Source: Mantamonas sphyraenae STR306 (lineage: Eukaryota > Protista > CRuMs). From it: a DNA stretch of 64,000 nucleotides. The notes below the pieces were generated by a model, which had not been told where the DNA came from, did no database searches, and saw nothing but the letters and a program-made list of their open reading frames with translations. The DNA lies in NCBI GenBank assembly GCA_026936335.1, contig JAPMXV010000058.1, positions 299,226-363,225 on the forward strand. Reading direction: 5' to 3'. A program made the position numbers and the translations under genes. Shown here one piece after another: positions 1-10,444 of the stretch; positions within the stretch are counted from its first letter, which is position 1; the number at the start of each line of letters is the position of its first letter.

Positions 1-1805
1 TCGCTTCCAATGAAGCGTATGATCTTTGCCATTGCCGCACGGGGCACGAGCGTCCAGGCGGCCAACGGCTTGTAGGGGCAGCCCTCACGTTCAGCAATGC
101 GTGCATTAATCTCTTCGCTGAGGTTCATGAGCAGGAGGAGCTCAAACTTGGTGTTCATGCGCCGGGGCATGAGCCAGTGAATATCCGGCCTCCAAGTGAC
201 GCGCATGCCTTGCAGCTCCAGGCCATACTCCCGGTGGAAGCTTTCCGGGAAGGAATGGTTCCACCAGGCGTCGGCGAGGACGCGGCATGCCACGGTGTCG
301 CCGTCCTCGAAGCGAAGGAATCGCTTGGGTGGCAGCGGCGTGCCTTGCACCAACAAAAGGTAGAGCATTCGCGGTCGGCCCAGGGCGCACGCGTACTCCA
401 GAGGGGTGTCTGTACGGGCGCCGAGAAAGGTGGGGCTGAGGCCTCTGTGCAGAAAGTGAACAGCGAGATCCTGGTTGTTTTTCTCCACGGCCACGTGGAG
501 AGCAGTCTTTGTGTTTGGATAGCTGCTGGCAGATAGGCCAAAGTTCAACAGTCGGATGATGGTGTCGTAGTCGACGCGGTCGACGGCGCGCATGAGATCG
601 ATGGCGCGAGCTTCGTTGCGTGCGACGACGGATCGGACGGTGTTGAGGAGGCGCTCGGACATTTTGGTGGACGTGATGGTGGTCCACAGCAGCAAGTTTG
701 TGCTGCAGGTGCGCAGCCAGTCGGGGATGCAGTCGTCCGTGGCCCGATTGTTGTTGTCCAACCAAAACACCTGGAGGCCGCGGTTGACGAGGCATGCCTG
801 GCCGAGTACGCTCATGCCATAGTCTGTAAAGTTGTTGCTGCTGAGGTTAAGTACAGAGAGGGTGTTGTTGACCTTGAGGGTTTCAGCAAAGGCGACGGCA
901 GAGGTGTCGTTGAGGGAGCAACTGGTGAGGTAGAGCTTGTGCAGGCCCGGATTGAGACGTACGGACCAGGCAAACTCCTCTGCGGTGGGGTCCCCAATGG
1001 GATTGAAGGCAATGTCGACGCTGCGCATGGTGGGGTGGTCGCGAAGGACGAGGGCGAGGGCTACGCCGGTGAGGTCGGTGAGACGGTTCTCGCGAATGTA
1101 CAGCTCGGTGAGCGTGGTGCTGTGGCGGACAGCCTCGACGAGTTCGAGGCCAAAGGCGTCTGTGAGTTTGTTTGTGGTGAGGCGGAGGATCTTGAGGGTG
1201 TTGTTGTGGCGGAGAGCCTCGGAGAGTGCAATGCCGGTTGCGTCGCCAATCTTGCTGACGCTGAGGTCGATCTCCTGCAGAGAGGAGTTGACACGAAGGG
1301 CATCTGCGATGAGGAGGCCTGTGTTGTCTGTGAAATAGTTTGTGCTGAGGCGGACGATGTGGAGGGTGTTGTTTACGGCGAGGAGGTCGGCAATGGCGAC
1401 GCCTGTGGGGTCGCGCAGGTGGCAGCCGTCGAGGACAAGCTCGCGGACATGGCGGTCGAGCATGAGGTACTCTGCGGTTTGCACTCCGTCCACCTCCTTG
1501 AGGCGGCCGCCGTAGGTGAGAAGCCAGGTGCGGTTGGTGCGGTCGCTGACGCACTCGGGCAGGGGAGGGGGCTGGGCGGGCTTGAGCTTGCTGAGGCTGA
1601 CCCAGCCGCCAGTGGCGAGGAGGCGGCCCTTTTCGACGGTGTTTGTGCGTGAGAGGACGAGCTGGCCTTTGCGAACGGACATCTCGCCCGCATTCTTGGC
1701 GTGGTAGTTGCTGGTGGAGCGGAACAGATGGAAGTCTGGCTGAGAGGAGGGCTTCCCATCAAGGTCGAGGGATTCCGACGCCTTGGAGGCGCTGGACTGG
1801 GACAT
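1..1805 (-). CDS. SH3-like + RNI-type LRR + ankyrin-repeat protein (3' end outside window)
   Basis: Manual minus-strand translation from ATG 1805 (missing from the ORF track because it runs off the window). FRSTSNYHAKNAGEMSVRKGQLV is SH3-like; about 8 28-aa LRRs follow (e.g. LRVNSSLQEIDLSVSKIGDATGIALSEAL); then TALHVAVEKN/TPLEYACALG ankyrins and a WRPDIHWLMP tail. Confidence 0.8.
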   Translation of the reverse strand, partial: MSQSSASKASESLDLDGKPSSQPDFHLFRSTSNYHAKNAGEMSVRKGQLVLSRTNTVEKGRLLATGGWVSLSKLKPAQPPPLPECVSDRTNRTWLLTYGGRLKEVDGVQTAEYLMLDRHVRELVLDGCHLRDPTGVAIADLLAVNNTLHIVRLSTNYFTDNTGLLIADALRVNSSLQEIDLSVSKIGDATGIALSEALRHNNTLKILRLTTNKLTDAFGLELVEAVRHSTTLTELYIRENRLTDLTGVALALVLRDHPTMRSVDIAFNPIGDPTAEEFAWSVRLNPGLHKLYLTSCSLNDTSAVAFAETLKVNNTLSVLNLSSNNFTDYGMSVLGQACLVNRGLQVFWLDNNNRATDDCIPDWLRTCSTNLLLWTTITSTKMSERLLNTVRSVVARNEARAIDLMRAVDRVDYDTIIRLLNFGLSASSYPNTKTALHVAVEKNNQDLAVHFLHRGLSPTFLGARTDTPLEYACALGRPRMLYLLLVQGTPLPPKRFLRFEDGDTVACRVLADAWWNHSFPESFHREYGLELQGMRVTWRPDIHWLMPRRMNTKFELLLLMNLSEEINARIAEREGCPYKPLAAWTLVPRAAMAKIIRFIGS

Positions 1806-1879
1806 GGACCGCGTGTGGGGGGGGGGGGGGGGGTTGCGGCGGGTGGCGCACGACAAGCAAGAGCAGTAGCAACGAGCGG

Positions 1880-4030
1880 ATGTCATCAGAGAGCCTGGCA
1901 CTTTACGAATCCCTGGCAGGGATTGCAGACGTGAGCGGAGGACGGTTGGAGTCTGAGGAGGCGGTGGTGTTGACGCTGTCGCAGCGGGATCTGTTGAACA
2001 AAACGTGGCGGAAGAGCAGCGTGCGGGTGGAGGGTGGAGAGTTGAAGGGCACGCCAAGAGTGCGTGACAGCAAGGTGGTGTTGCAGGCGACGAGCCCGTC
2101 AGGGAGCAAGGTGGCGATTGTGCGGGAGGAGGAGAAGGGAGAGGGAGGCAAGGACGCGGTGTACACGGTGGAGGTGTGGGATGGCAGCGGGTGCAGGGCT
2201 CGTGTGAGCAGCCGCAAGGTGCACGGATCTGTGTATGCGGATGAGTGGTTTGGAGCGTTGAGCTGGAACGCAGAGGAAGACAAGCTGGCGTACGTAGCCG
2301 ACCGGTGCCAGAAGGACAAGCCGGCGTACTTTAGTGTGGAGGCAGTGAACTCGGAGCGAGAAGCAAGCGAACGCGTGGGAAGCAAGTATGACTTTGAGGA
2401 GGACTGGGGAGAGACGTACACTGGACGACACGAGAGCACACTGGTGGTGATGGATGTGGAAGGACGCAGCTTGCGCGTGCTGGACGCCGTGAAGGACGCC
2501 GGGCAGGTCGTATGGACGCCCGAGGGCGAACTTCTGTATGTGGGATGGCAGCCGACGGACAAGGGCGAGCGCATTGGCATCAAGTATTGCTACAACAGGC
2601 CGTCGCGGCTGTATGTGGTTGATGCGGACGGGAACGGAGAGCCGCGTGCGGTGAGTCCGCAGAGCGTGTTTGCACGCTCGCCAAGATTCTCCCCAGACGG
2701 GTCAACGCTCGTGTTTCTGGCAGTGTCTGGAGACACAGAGGTTCACAACACAGTGTCGTCTCTGCACCGTGCAGCGTGGCCTGTGGAGGACGCAGAGGCG
2801 TGTGTGGAGGTTGTTGGCGACGTGGATGTGCCTACGTCCGTCACGGCGTTCCCGGGACTTTACCTGCATGCTCTGCCGCGCAGATGCTTCGTGGATGATC
2901 ACCAGACCATTGTGCTGAGTTCGTCGTGGCGTAGCACGGTGCTTGGCCTGCAGGTGGATCTGGAGAGCGGGGAGGTGAGCGTACTGGGAGGGTGTGCACA
3001 CGGGTCATGGACGGTGCTGGATGCCATTGAGGGCTGTGTGTTGGCGTGTGCAAGCCGTCCGAATGCGCCGGTGACAGTGTACGTGGGAACAGGGTGTGGC
3101 GGTGCCGGCAGCGAGCACGACACAAACACGCAAGTGTGCGAGGCGCGTGCGTGCGGATACACATGGACGCAGGTGTACTCGAGCGAAGCAGCGGTGGAAG
3201 CAGAGGGGCTGACAAAGGCGCTGGGAGAGCTGGACTTTCACATTGAGACGCTGGGCAGCGGGAAGGAAGGAGACGACCATTTCCAGGGCGTGGTGATGCA
3301 CGTGGGCAACGAAGCGCGCCCGACGCTGCTGATGCCTCACGGAGGCCCGCACGGCGTGTATCCAGCAGCACACAGTGTGTTTGCCAGCTACTTGCTGCTG
3401 AGCGGGTACAACCTGGTGTTGGCCAACTACCGTGGTTCGACGGGCTTTGGCAAGCGAGCGCTGACGAGTCTGTGTGGCAAGGCCGGATACCAGGACGTGG
3501 ACGACTGCCAAGCAATCATGGAGGCAGCCATCCGAATGGGCCTGGTGGACACGGAGCACATTGGCGTGGTGGGCGGGTCGCACGGCGGGTTTCTGTCGAC
3601 ACACCTTGTGGCGCAGTTTCCGGAGCGGTACCGGGCGTGTGTGGTGCGCAACCCAGTGACTGCAATCCATACGATGTTTGCAGACACGGACATCAGTGAC
3701 TGGTGCCGTGTGGAGGGCGGCGTGTTTGTGGGCCGTCCGGACGAAGCATACCAGGCGCTGACGGGAGAGCAGATGCAGACGCTGTTCGAGGCGTCGCCTG
3801 TGCGCCATCTGTCATCCAAGCAGTCGCCTACGATGATTATGCTGGGCGAGAAGGACCGACGCGTGCCGTGGAAGACGCAGGGCGTGGCGTACTTTCGCCA
3901 GCTGCGAAACGCGGGGGTCCCGGTGAAGCTGCTGCAGTTCCCCAAGAGCGCACATGCCATTGTGGATGTGGAGGAGGAGACGACATCCAACGTACGCATG
4001 GTTCAGTGGTTCGACGAGCATGTGATGTGA
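1880..4030 (+). CDS. APEH: Acylamino-acid-releasing enzyme (S9C acylpeptide hydrolase)
   Basis: HGGPH, NYRGSTGFG, nucleophile GGSHGG, RNPV, DRRVP and H motifs; N-terminal propeller with EEDWGE and IKYCYNRPS. First ATG at 1880. Confidence 0.92.
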   Translation: MSSESLALYESLAGIADVSGGRLESEEAVVLTLSQRDLLNKTWRKSSVRVEGGELKGTPRVRDSKVVLQATSPSGSKVAIVREEEKGEGGKDAVYTVEVWDGSGCRARVSSRKVHGSVYADEWFGALSWNAEEDKLAYVADRCQKDKPAYFSVEAVNSEREASERVGSKYDFEEDWGETYTGRHESTLVVMDVEGRSLRVLDAVKDAGQVVWTPEGELLYVGWQPTDKGERIGIKYCYNRPSRLYVVDADGNGEPRAVSPQSVFARSPRFSPDGSTLVFLAVSGDTEVHNTVSSLHRAAWPVEDAEACVEVVGDVDVPTSVTAFPGLYLHALPRRCFVDDHQTIVLSSSWRSTVLGLQVDLESGEVSVLGGCAHGSWTVLDAIEGCVLACASRPNAPVTVYVGTGCGGAGSEHDTNTQVCEARACGYTWTQVYSSEAAVEAEGLTKALGELDFHIETLGSGKEGDDHFQGVVMHVGNEARPTLLMPHGGPHGVYPAAHSVFASYLLLSGYNLVLANYRGSTGFGKRALTSLCGKAGYQDVDDCQAIMEAAIRMGLVDTEHIGVVGGSHGGFLSTHLVAQFPERYRACVVRNPVTAIHTMFADTDISDWCRVEGGVFVGRPDEAYQALTGEQMQTLFEASPVRHLSSKQSPTMIMLGEKDRRVPWKTQGVAYFRQLRNAGVPVKLLQFPKSAHAIVDVEEETTSNVRMVQWFDEHVM

Positions 4031-4041
4031 GGTTCGAGCTT

Positions 4042-5320
4042 TCATTGCTCTGTGGCAGTGGCCTGCAGGACGCTTGCTGCGTGCTCCCAATCGAAAGGCA
4101 GGCCTGTGTTGAGGAGAGGATCGAGAGCCCACATGTGGCGCCAATGGAGATAGTGAAAACTGATGGGATAGGGAACGGGAGGCGGTTCTGTGTCGGCGTG
4201 TTTTGGGTCGAGGTAGTGTGCAGGAGATTGGCTGTAGAATCCGGGAATCTGCGTGGGATGGATGCCAAGCTGATTGGCACAGCTCCCAATCCAGACATCG
4301 GATGTCTGGAAGCGTGTCCAGTCGCAGTCGCCGTCCTTGTCCTGGGCATGCTGCGCCAACTTGTGCACAAAGGAGCGTGAGCCTACCCACCCTGCGCCGC
4401 CCGATAGGTAGACGCCATGTTCACCAAAGACACGCTGACCCAAGTACCAGTCGCGGTTTGGGTCGAACTGGGAAAGTTTCCTGCGCAGATTGATGGGCGA
4501 GTACATCGTGTCGTCTATGCCAGGGATGAGTCAGGAGAGAAGTGGGGAGTGAAAAGTGAGGGGACAAGGGATGGTGTGCCGTTACGTACCGTCTGCAAAA
4601 GCAATCCACTTTGCCCGTGGGAACCATTTGAGGGTGCGGAAAAGAGCACCCGGCCATTTGTTCTGTGCAATCATCCAGGCACGGCCATACTTTGGACGGA
4701 TGATGTCCGAGGCGTCGTCGTCCATATCGAGGTCTGGGAGGCCGTACACGGGATGGTCGGGATGGTAGGCGTCGGAAAACAGGAGGACGTGGTGGTCGGC
4801 AGCGTGGCGACTCCACGCGCGAACGCCCTTGACACGGCTGTTGTGCATGACTTGGCCCGTGATGACGACGAATACAATGTCATGAAGTGACACAGGGTAC
4901 ACTTGTGCGCCAATGTGGTCGTCAAAGAGCTTCTGCGCTGCGTCGAGGCGACTGCTGTCAGGACGGAGGACCTCTGCGGAGGAGCGCGCTGCGTTGGCGC
5001 GAGGGAAGAAAGGGCGGCTGTTGTCTTTGTGCATGGCTTCCAAGGAGTCGCGCAGCCTGTCTTGGCCAGCTACGGGCTCGTGGTGAGAGAGTCCAGGGAA
5101 GCGGGGCGGGCTGTGGAAAGGTGAGCAGGTCCTGGTCGTCTGCCGGCGTGTCGACACGGAGCTTGCGTGGGTTTGCAGAGCGAAGTGCAGAGAGGGACCA
5201 GGCCATACGAAGGACAAGGAGGAGGAGGATGCAGATGAAAGCGTGTGTGCGCACTTGCCACAGAGCGTGGAGGAGGGCGAGAATGCGAGGCTGTCGCGTT
5301 GGACGCGAGGCACGGCGCAT
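4042..5320 (-). CDS. Fringe/core-1 beta-1,3-galactosyltransferase-like GT31 glycosyltransferase (spliced)
   Basis: DIVFVVITG...KWIAFAD joined across an intron to DDTMYSPINLRRKLSQFDPNRDWYLG, YLSGGAGW, SDVWIGSC, PISFHY. The 5' exon structure is uncertain. Confidence 0.75.
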
Positions 5321-5443
5321 TGGAGAGTGACGAGTGACGAGAGGGGAGGAAGGTGGGAGGAGATTTGTGTGGATGGGATGCTTGGTGAGAGAACGGGGGG
5401 GAAGCAGGGATGGGTTGCGCCAGTGGAGGCAAGAAGGTTTGCC

Positions 5444-6148
5444 ATGTTTTGTCGAGGCGGAGGGAGGCTGCGACGCGCACATGTGGGACAAGTGCACCGA
5501 TGGATGGGTGGAGGGAGTGTGGAGATGCAACAGCAACGGGGAGTGAGCGTCAATGCAAACCAACTGCGACCAGGGAATCTGGTGCGGATGAAGGATCGGA
5601 TCCTGAACGTGGTGAGCGCGCAACACACGAAAACGGGCCGTGGGTCGGCATACGTTCAGACAGAGCTGCGGGACATCATGGCAGACACGAAAGTCAAGGT
5701 ACGGCTGCGATCGTCAGAGAGTGTGGACAAAGTGTACGTGGACAAGGAGAGCTGGGTGTTTTCGTACTCTTTGCCCGAGGACGAAGCGGCGGGTGTGTAC
5801 CAGCTGGTGTTCAACACACCGGATTACCTGAACGAAATGACGGTGATGTCGACCGAGGTGGCGTGGAAGGGCCGCATGGACCTGATGACGAGCGGGATGG
5901 CTGTGGATCTGCTGCTGGAAAATGCACGGCCGCTGATTGTGCAATACGAGAGCGTGCAGGTGCCTGTGGTGGAAGCAGACGCATTTATCCCCGGGCAGAC
6001 AGCAAAGCCACGCGCCAAGATGGCCCTGGTGGAGACACACATGCCGCAGCCGGTCAAACTGAGCGTGCCATCGCACGTGGAAGCAGGGGACGTGCTCGAG
6101 GTACGCAGCAACGGCGAGTATGTGAAGAGGGTGGGCAAGGGAGTTTGA
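5444..6148 (+). CDS. efp: Bacterial-type elongation factor P with N-terminal presequence (probably mitochondrial)
   Basis: ANQLRPGNLVRMKDRILNVVSAQHTKTGRGSAYVQTELRDI, RLRSSESVDK, and a C-terminal VPSHVEAGDVLEV..GEYVKR; Arg-rich leader. Confidence 0.85.
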   Translation: MFCRGGGRLRRAHVGQVHRWMGGGSVEMQQQRGVSVNANQLRPGNLVRMKDRILNVVSAQHTKTGRGSAYVQTELRDIMADTKVKVRLRSSESVDKVYVDKESWVFSYSLPEDEAAGVYQLVFNTPDYLNEMTVMSTEVAWKGRMDLMTSGMAVDLLLENARPLIVQYESVQVPVVEADAFIPGQTAKPRAKMALVETHMPQPVKLSVPSHVEAGDVLEVRSNGEYVKRVGKGV

Positions 6149-6221
6149 CGACGAAGGACGGGAGGGAGGGGGAGGAGGGAGCGAGATGCAAGGTTGCAAT
6201 GCAGGAGAACGGTGTTCATGT

Positions 6222-7232
6222 TCACGTGCGAGTGTTGCGGACGGCAAACCCCATTTGGCCGAGCCAGATGATGATGCGATCGAGGACTTCGATGGGTTGT
6301 GTGTGCCACAAGGCCGTGGGTATGTACGATTCGATTTCGCCTGCTTCGAGGAGACGATCATGCTCGGCGTCGTTCACGACGAGGCAGAGTTCGATCTGCT
6401 CGTCGACGGCAGAGGCAAACAGATGGTGGGATTCGGCGGTCCAAATGATTTCAGAAGCGAGGGCGTCTGTCCATCCTTCGGTGATCCCCTGGTGCATGTC
6501 CTCGACCATGTCGATGACGCGCTGGCGTCTGTTGCGGCGTGCGGCGCTGAGGAGGCGCTCCTTGTTGTTTCCCTTGTCGAGGTCAAAGCCAAAGATGAGG
6601 AGAAGGCAGACGATGTTGACGTGGCCACGTTGGGCTGCGAGGAAGATGGGATTCTCGATCAGGTGCGCATCCTTGCGCTTGGTGCTGTTCGAAGCGGTCC
6701 AGTACTCGGCAATGCCTGTTTGCGTTCTTGTTCCTTTGGCGTCGTCGTCGTTGTCACTCCTGTCTGCGTCGAAAATGTCCAGGCTAGCGCCCTGCTCGAG
6801 AAGTGAGAAGGCCGTCTCTGTGTTTCCGCTCTCGCAGGCGGCGTGCAGCGGCGTTTTCCCATTGTCATTGATCCAATTGATGGTGGCGCCGTGTGCAATG
6901 AGGTCGTTCACATAGAAAAAGCGGTCGTGACGTGCGGCGAAAAAGAGAGGTGTGTTGCCAAAGTCGTCGGTGACGTTTGGCTTTGCTCCGAGCTGCAAGA
7001 GGGTGTGGAAGGCTTCCTTGAGGCCAAACTTTGTGGCAATGACAAGCATGGGCATGCCGAGGGAGTCCTTGTGGTTTGGGTTGCTGGGGTTGAACTTGTG
7101 TGTGACGAGGCGGACGATCTCCTCTGCGTCGTTGTTCCGCACCGCTTCGGCGAGGGAAAACTTGACGTTGACTTTGGGCTCGTCAGCCACTGGGAAAGCC
7201 TGCTGCACTTTGCTTTCCCACGGAGTTGACAT
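6222..7232 (-). CDS. Ankyrin-repeat protein
   Basis: GNTPLFFAA, GKTPLHAAC and NPIFLAAQRGH repeats. Confidence 0.8.
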   Translation of the reverse strand: MSTPWESKVQQAFPVADEPKVNVKFSLAEAVRNNDAEEIVRLVTHKFNPSNPNHKDSLGMPMLVIATKFGLKEAFHTLLQLGAKPNVTDDFGNTPLFFAARHDRFFYVNDLIAHGATINWINDNGKTPLHAACESGNTETAFSLLEQGASLDIFDADRSDNDDDAKGTRTQTGIAEYWTASNSTKRKDAHLIENPIFLAAQRGHVNIVCLLLIFGFDLDKGNNKERLLSAARRNRRQRVIDMVEDMHQGITEGWTDALASEIIWTAESHHLFASAVDEQIELCLVVNDAEHDRLLEAGEIESYIPTALWHTQPIEVLDRIIIWLGQMGFAVRNTRT

Positions 7233-7291
7233 GGGTTCGGTGTTGCGCAGGGCAGCGCAACTCAGCGAACAACTGAGCAACTTTTTTGTCG

Positions 7292-10200
7292 ATGGAGGTT
7301 GCATACCGAGCGTCGGCGTTGCACCAAGCGATTGCTGAGGGTGAGGCGCAGGAGTGCATGCGGCTGCTGAGCAAGGGAGGGATGGCAGGGAGCAGCGAGG
7401 CAGCGCAAGTGGATGTGCTGGGCAACACGGCGATGCACATGTTGGTGCTGTGTCCGGCAATCTTTAGCACGGCAGAGCAGCTGCAGTGTATGGGGCTTCT
7501 GCACAAAGCACAGCCGGGACTGGTGGAAGTTGGGGACGCGTATGGACGGACGCCCGTGCTAGTGGCAGCACACCATGGGTTGGAGGAGGTGGTGGAGCAT
7601 TTGCTGGTGCGTCTGGGCGCAAATGTGCTGTGCACGGACAAGCAAGACAATACGGCGCTTCACTTGGCCGCGTACAATGGCCACTCGCAGGTGTTTGAGG
7701 TGTTGCTGGGTCATGTGAGGAAACAGCGGAGCAAGGCGAGCTTCCTGAACTGGGTGAACGAATCGTGGCAAACGGCGCTCCATGTTGCCTGTGCGCAGGG
7801 CCACTCGGACTGTGTGAGCATTCTGCTGGCACACGGTAGGTGGGAGTAGAAAGAGAGAGAGAGAGAGAGAGAGAGTGTGTGTGTGTGTATGTGTGATAGA
7901 GGATGTGGAGAGGCTGGAGGGGACAGTGCGTGTCGCCGGGGGGGGGAACTGACATGGAGATGAAGGCGCGAAAAGCGACTTGCTCGATCAGCGCGGGCTG
8001 TGCGCACTGAGCGTGGCTGTGGGTGGACTGCATACGTCGTGTGTAGAGGTGTTGATGTTAAACGACGCCGACCCAACGCTTGCAGATGCACAGGGAAAGT
8101 CGTGCATGCACTGGGTCGCGCAGAGAGGGGCGGAGGAAGCGCTGAAGCTGATTGTGGCGCTGAGCCAAGACACGAGGGTGCTGGTGAATGCCAAGGACGT
8201 GGATGGACACACTCCGCTGCACTATGCCGTGGCCAACAACCACCCTGGGATGGTGTCGCTGCTTCTGGAGCTCGGGGCGGCAGTGGACGCCCGTGGAAGG
8301 GATGGCGCGCAGCCCTTGCATATGGCAGCCATGGCCGGATATGTCGAGTGTGCGCAGCTATTGCTGGAGCATGGGGCGTCGGAGAATGCGTCGGATAACA
8401 GTCTGCAAACGCCATTGCATGTGTGTTGCCAGAGAGGTGAGGTTGTTGCACGAAGGAAGGGGACCAAGGCTGACACCAGTTGATGCACACACGCACACGC
8501 CACAGCTTGCATCTCAGTATGCAGACACGGAACTGATGGGGCTTTTGATGGACAACGGTGCAGACGTATCGTTGCGAGACGTAAACGGGTCGCACGCGCT
8601 GCACTATGCAGCGAGCAGCGGAAACGCGCTGAATGCAAACCTGTTGCTGAATTCCGGGGTTGACGTGGACTGTGTAGACTACAACGGCAAGAGTGCACTG
8701 CATTTGGCGGCCCTGTCTGGATTCGTGGACTTTGTGGCGCTGCTATTGCAGCGCCAGGCGCGATACGACCTCGGGGACCAGTCGGGCCGATTGGCGGTGC
8801 ACTGGGCGGCAGCAGGTGGGTCGGCAAGCACAGTGCAACGTCTTCTGTCTGTGAACCCGTACCAGGCCAGCGAAAGAGACCGGGAAGGGAGAAACAGCCT
8901 GCATTGGAGTGCAAGCATGAACCATGTCGAGGTGTGCCGCAGCCTAGTGGAAGACTATGGCCTGGAGGTAGGAGCGAACGACGTGGACGGGTGCAATGCA
9001 CTGCACCTGGCTGCTCGCTCAGGAGCTGTGCAAGCGGTGGAGTATCTGCTGAGTGTCGGGGTAGAAGTGGACGCACGCACGGCGCAGGGGTCGACTGCGT
9101 TGCATCTGGCGGTGTGTTACGGGGACATGGACACAGTACAGATGCTGGTGGATGCTGGAGCCTCTGTGGACGCGGTGGACAACGACGGGCGCACACCTCT
9201 GTTTGATGCAGCCTTTCACGACCACGTGGAGTGCTGTGCTTTGCTGCTGAGCCACGGAGCTCGAATTGGCGTGATGGATGAGACGGGTCGGTCGGTGATG
9301 CACGCGGCAGCTGCAGGTGGGGCACGACAAACGCTGGAGTGGCTGCTGGAGGCGACAGAGCCGGCGGCGGTAAACGTAGCGGACAGCAACGGGCGCACGT
9401 GTCTCATGTACGCGTGCAAGCACAACCACACGGAAGTGGTGACTCTGTTTGTGTCAGCGCGGAGCAAAGCTAAACGCACATACGATCAAACACCAAAAAG
9501 TGGCGTTGCACGTGGCGGCGAGCAGAGGCCATACAAATCTGATCCCGATCCTACTGGAGTATGGAGCGGACTGCAACGCGCAAGACGCAGCAGGTGTGAG
9601 TCTGTTGCACTGGGCGGCAGCGACGGGAGACCAAAAAGTGGTGCGGCTGCTGCTCGACCACGGGGCGGATCTGGAACTGGGCGACAAGCGAGGCACACGC
9701 GCACTGCACTATGCGGCGTCGCTGTCGTCGCCAGACACAGTGAGCATCCTGTTGCAAGCTGGTGCTCAGGCAGCGCAGGGCAACGCCGAGGGGATGACCG
9801 CATTGCACTTTGCGGCTTACTTTGGCAACTGGTGTGTATGCCAGCACCTGTTGGCAGAGACATCGCTTCACAGAGACGTGCAAGATGCGCATGGGAGTAC
9901 GCCGTGGAGTCTTGCGGAGTACGCGGGCCACGAGCAGGTGCTCAAGGTGTTTGAGAACGAACCGGTCGCGGTGGTGAATACGCCGCGCTCCAAGAAGCGT
10001 GGGAGCTCGGGCCTGGAGTCGCCGTCTGTGGAGATGCCCACTTTGAATCCGTGGGTGCGCACGCCTGGAAGGGAGGAAAGCTGGGAGAAGCACGAGCAAC
10101 GGGCACGTGAAGAAATGTTGGATCGGATGAGTGGGCCCGGCTCCCCTCTGGCGCCGCGGAGGCGACGTCAAGTGGGAGGGGCAGCAGCAGCAAGAAATAG

Positions 10201-10387
10201 TCCCGCAGGGAGTGCCAGTGGACGTGCAGCGCATGCGCTGGACTTTAGCAAACTGGAGGTGGAACACGAAGAAGTGACACAAGGACGAGGTGGAGGGTCG
10301 ACAGGGATTGGGGCTACGGCACAGCGGCTTGTAGTAACCCTGGTATTGCTTGTGCTTGTGCTCGTGTTTCGGTTTGGGCTGGTGTGA
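7292..10387 (+). CDS. Multi-ankyrin-repeat protein with C-terminal TM anchor (2 introns; probable 1-nt sequence frameshift near 9450)
   Basis: About 20 TALH/TPLH repeats across ORFs 7286-7849, 7980-8483, 8188-9954 and 9449-10387. GT donors at about 7836 and 8437; hydrophobic tail LVVTLVLLVLVLVF. Confidence 0.85.
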
Positions 10388-10444
10388 GTGCGCGAGAGGT
10401 GCAAGAAAGGGGGAGGGAGAGACCTGACGAGCAGAGCAGACGAA

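Noticed and set aside
9440-9460. Programmed frameshift or pseudogene in the ankyrin gene
   Set aside because: One extra T (CTGTTTGTGT) explains it; most likely a sequencing or assembly indel.
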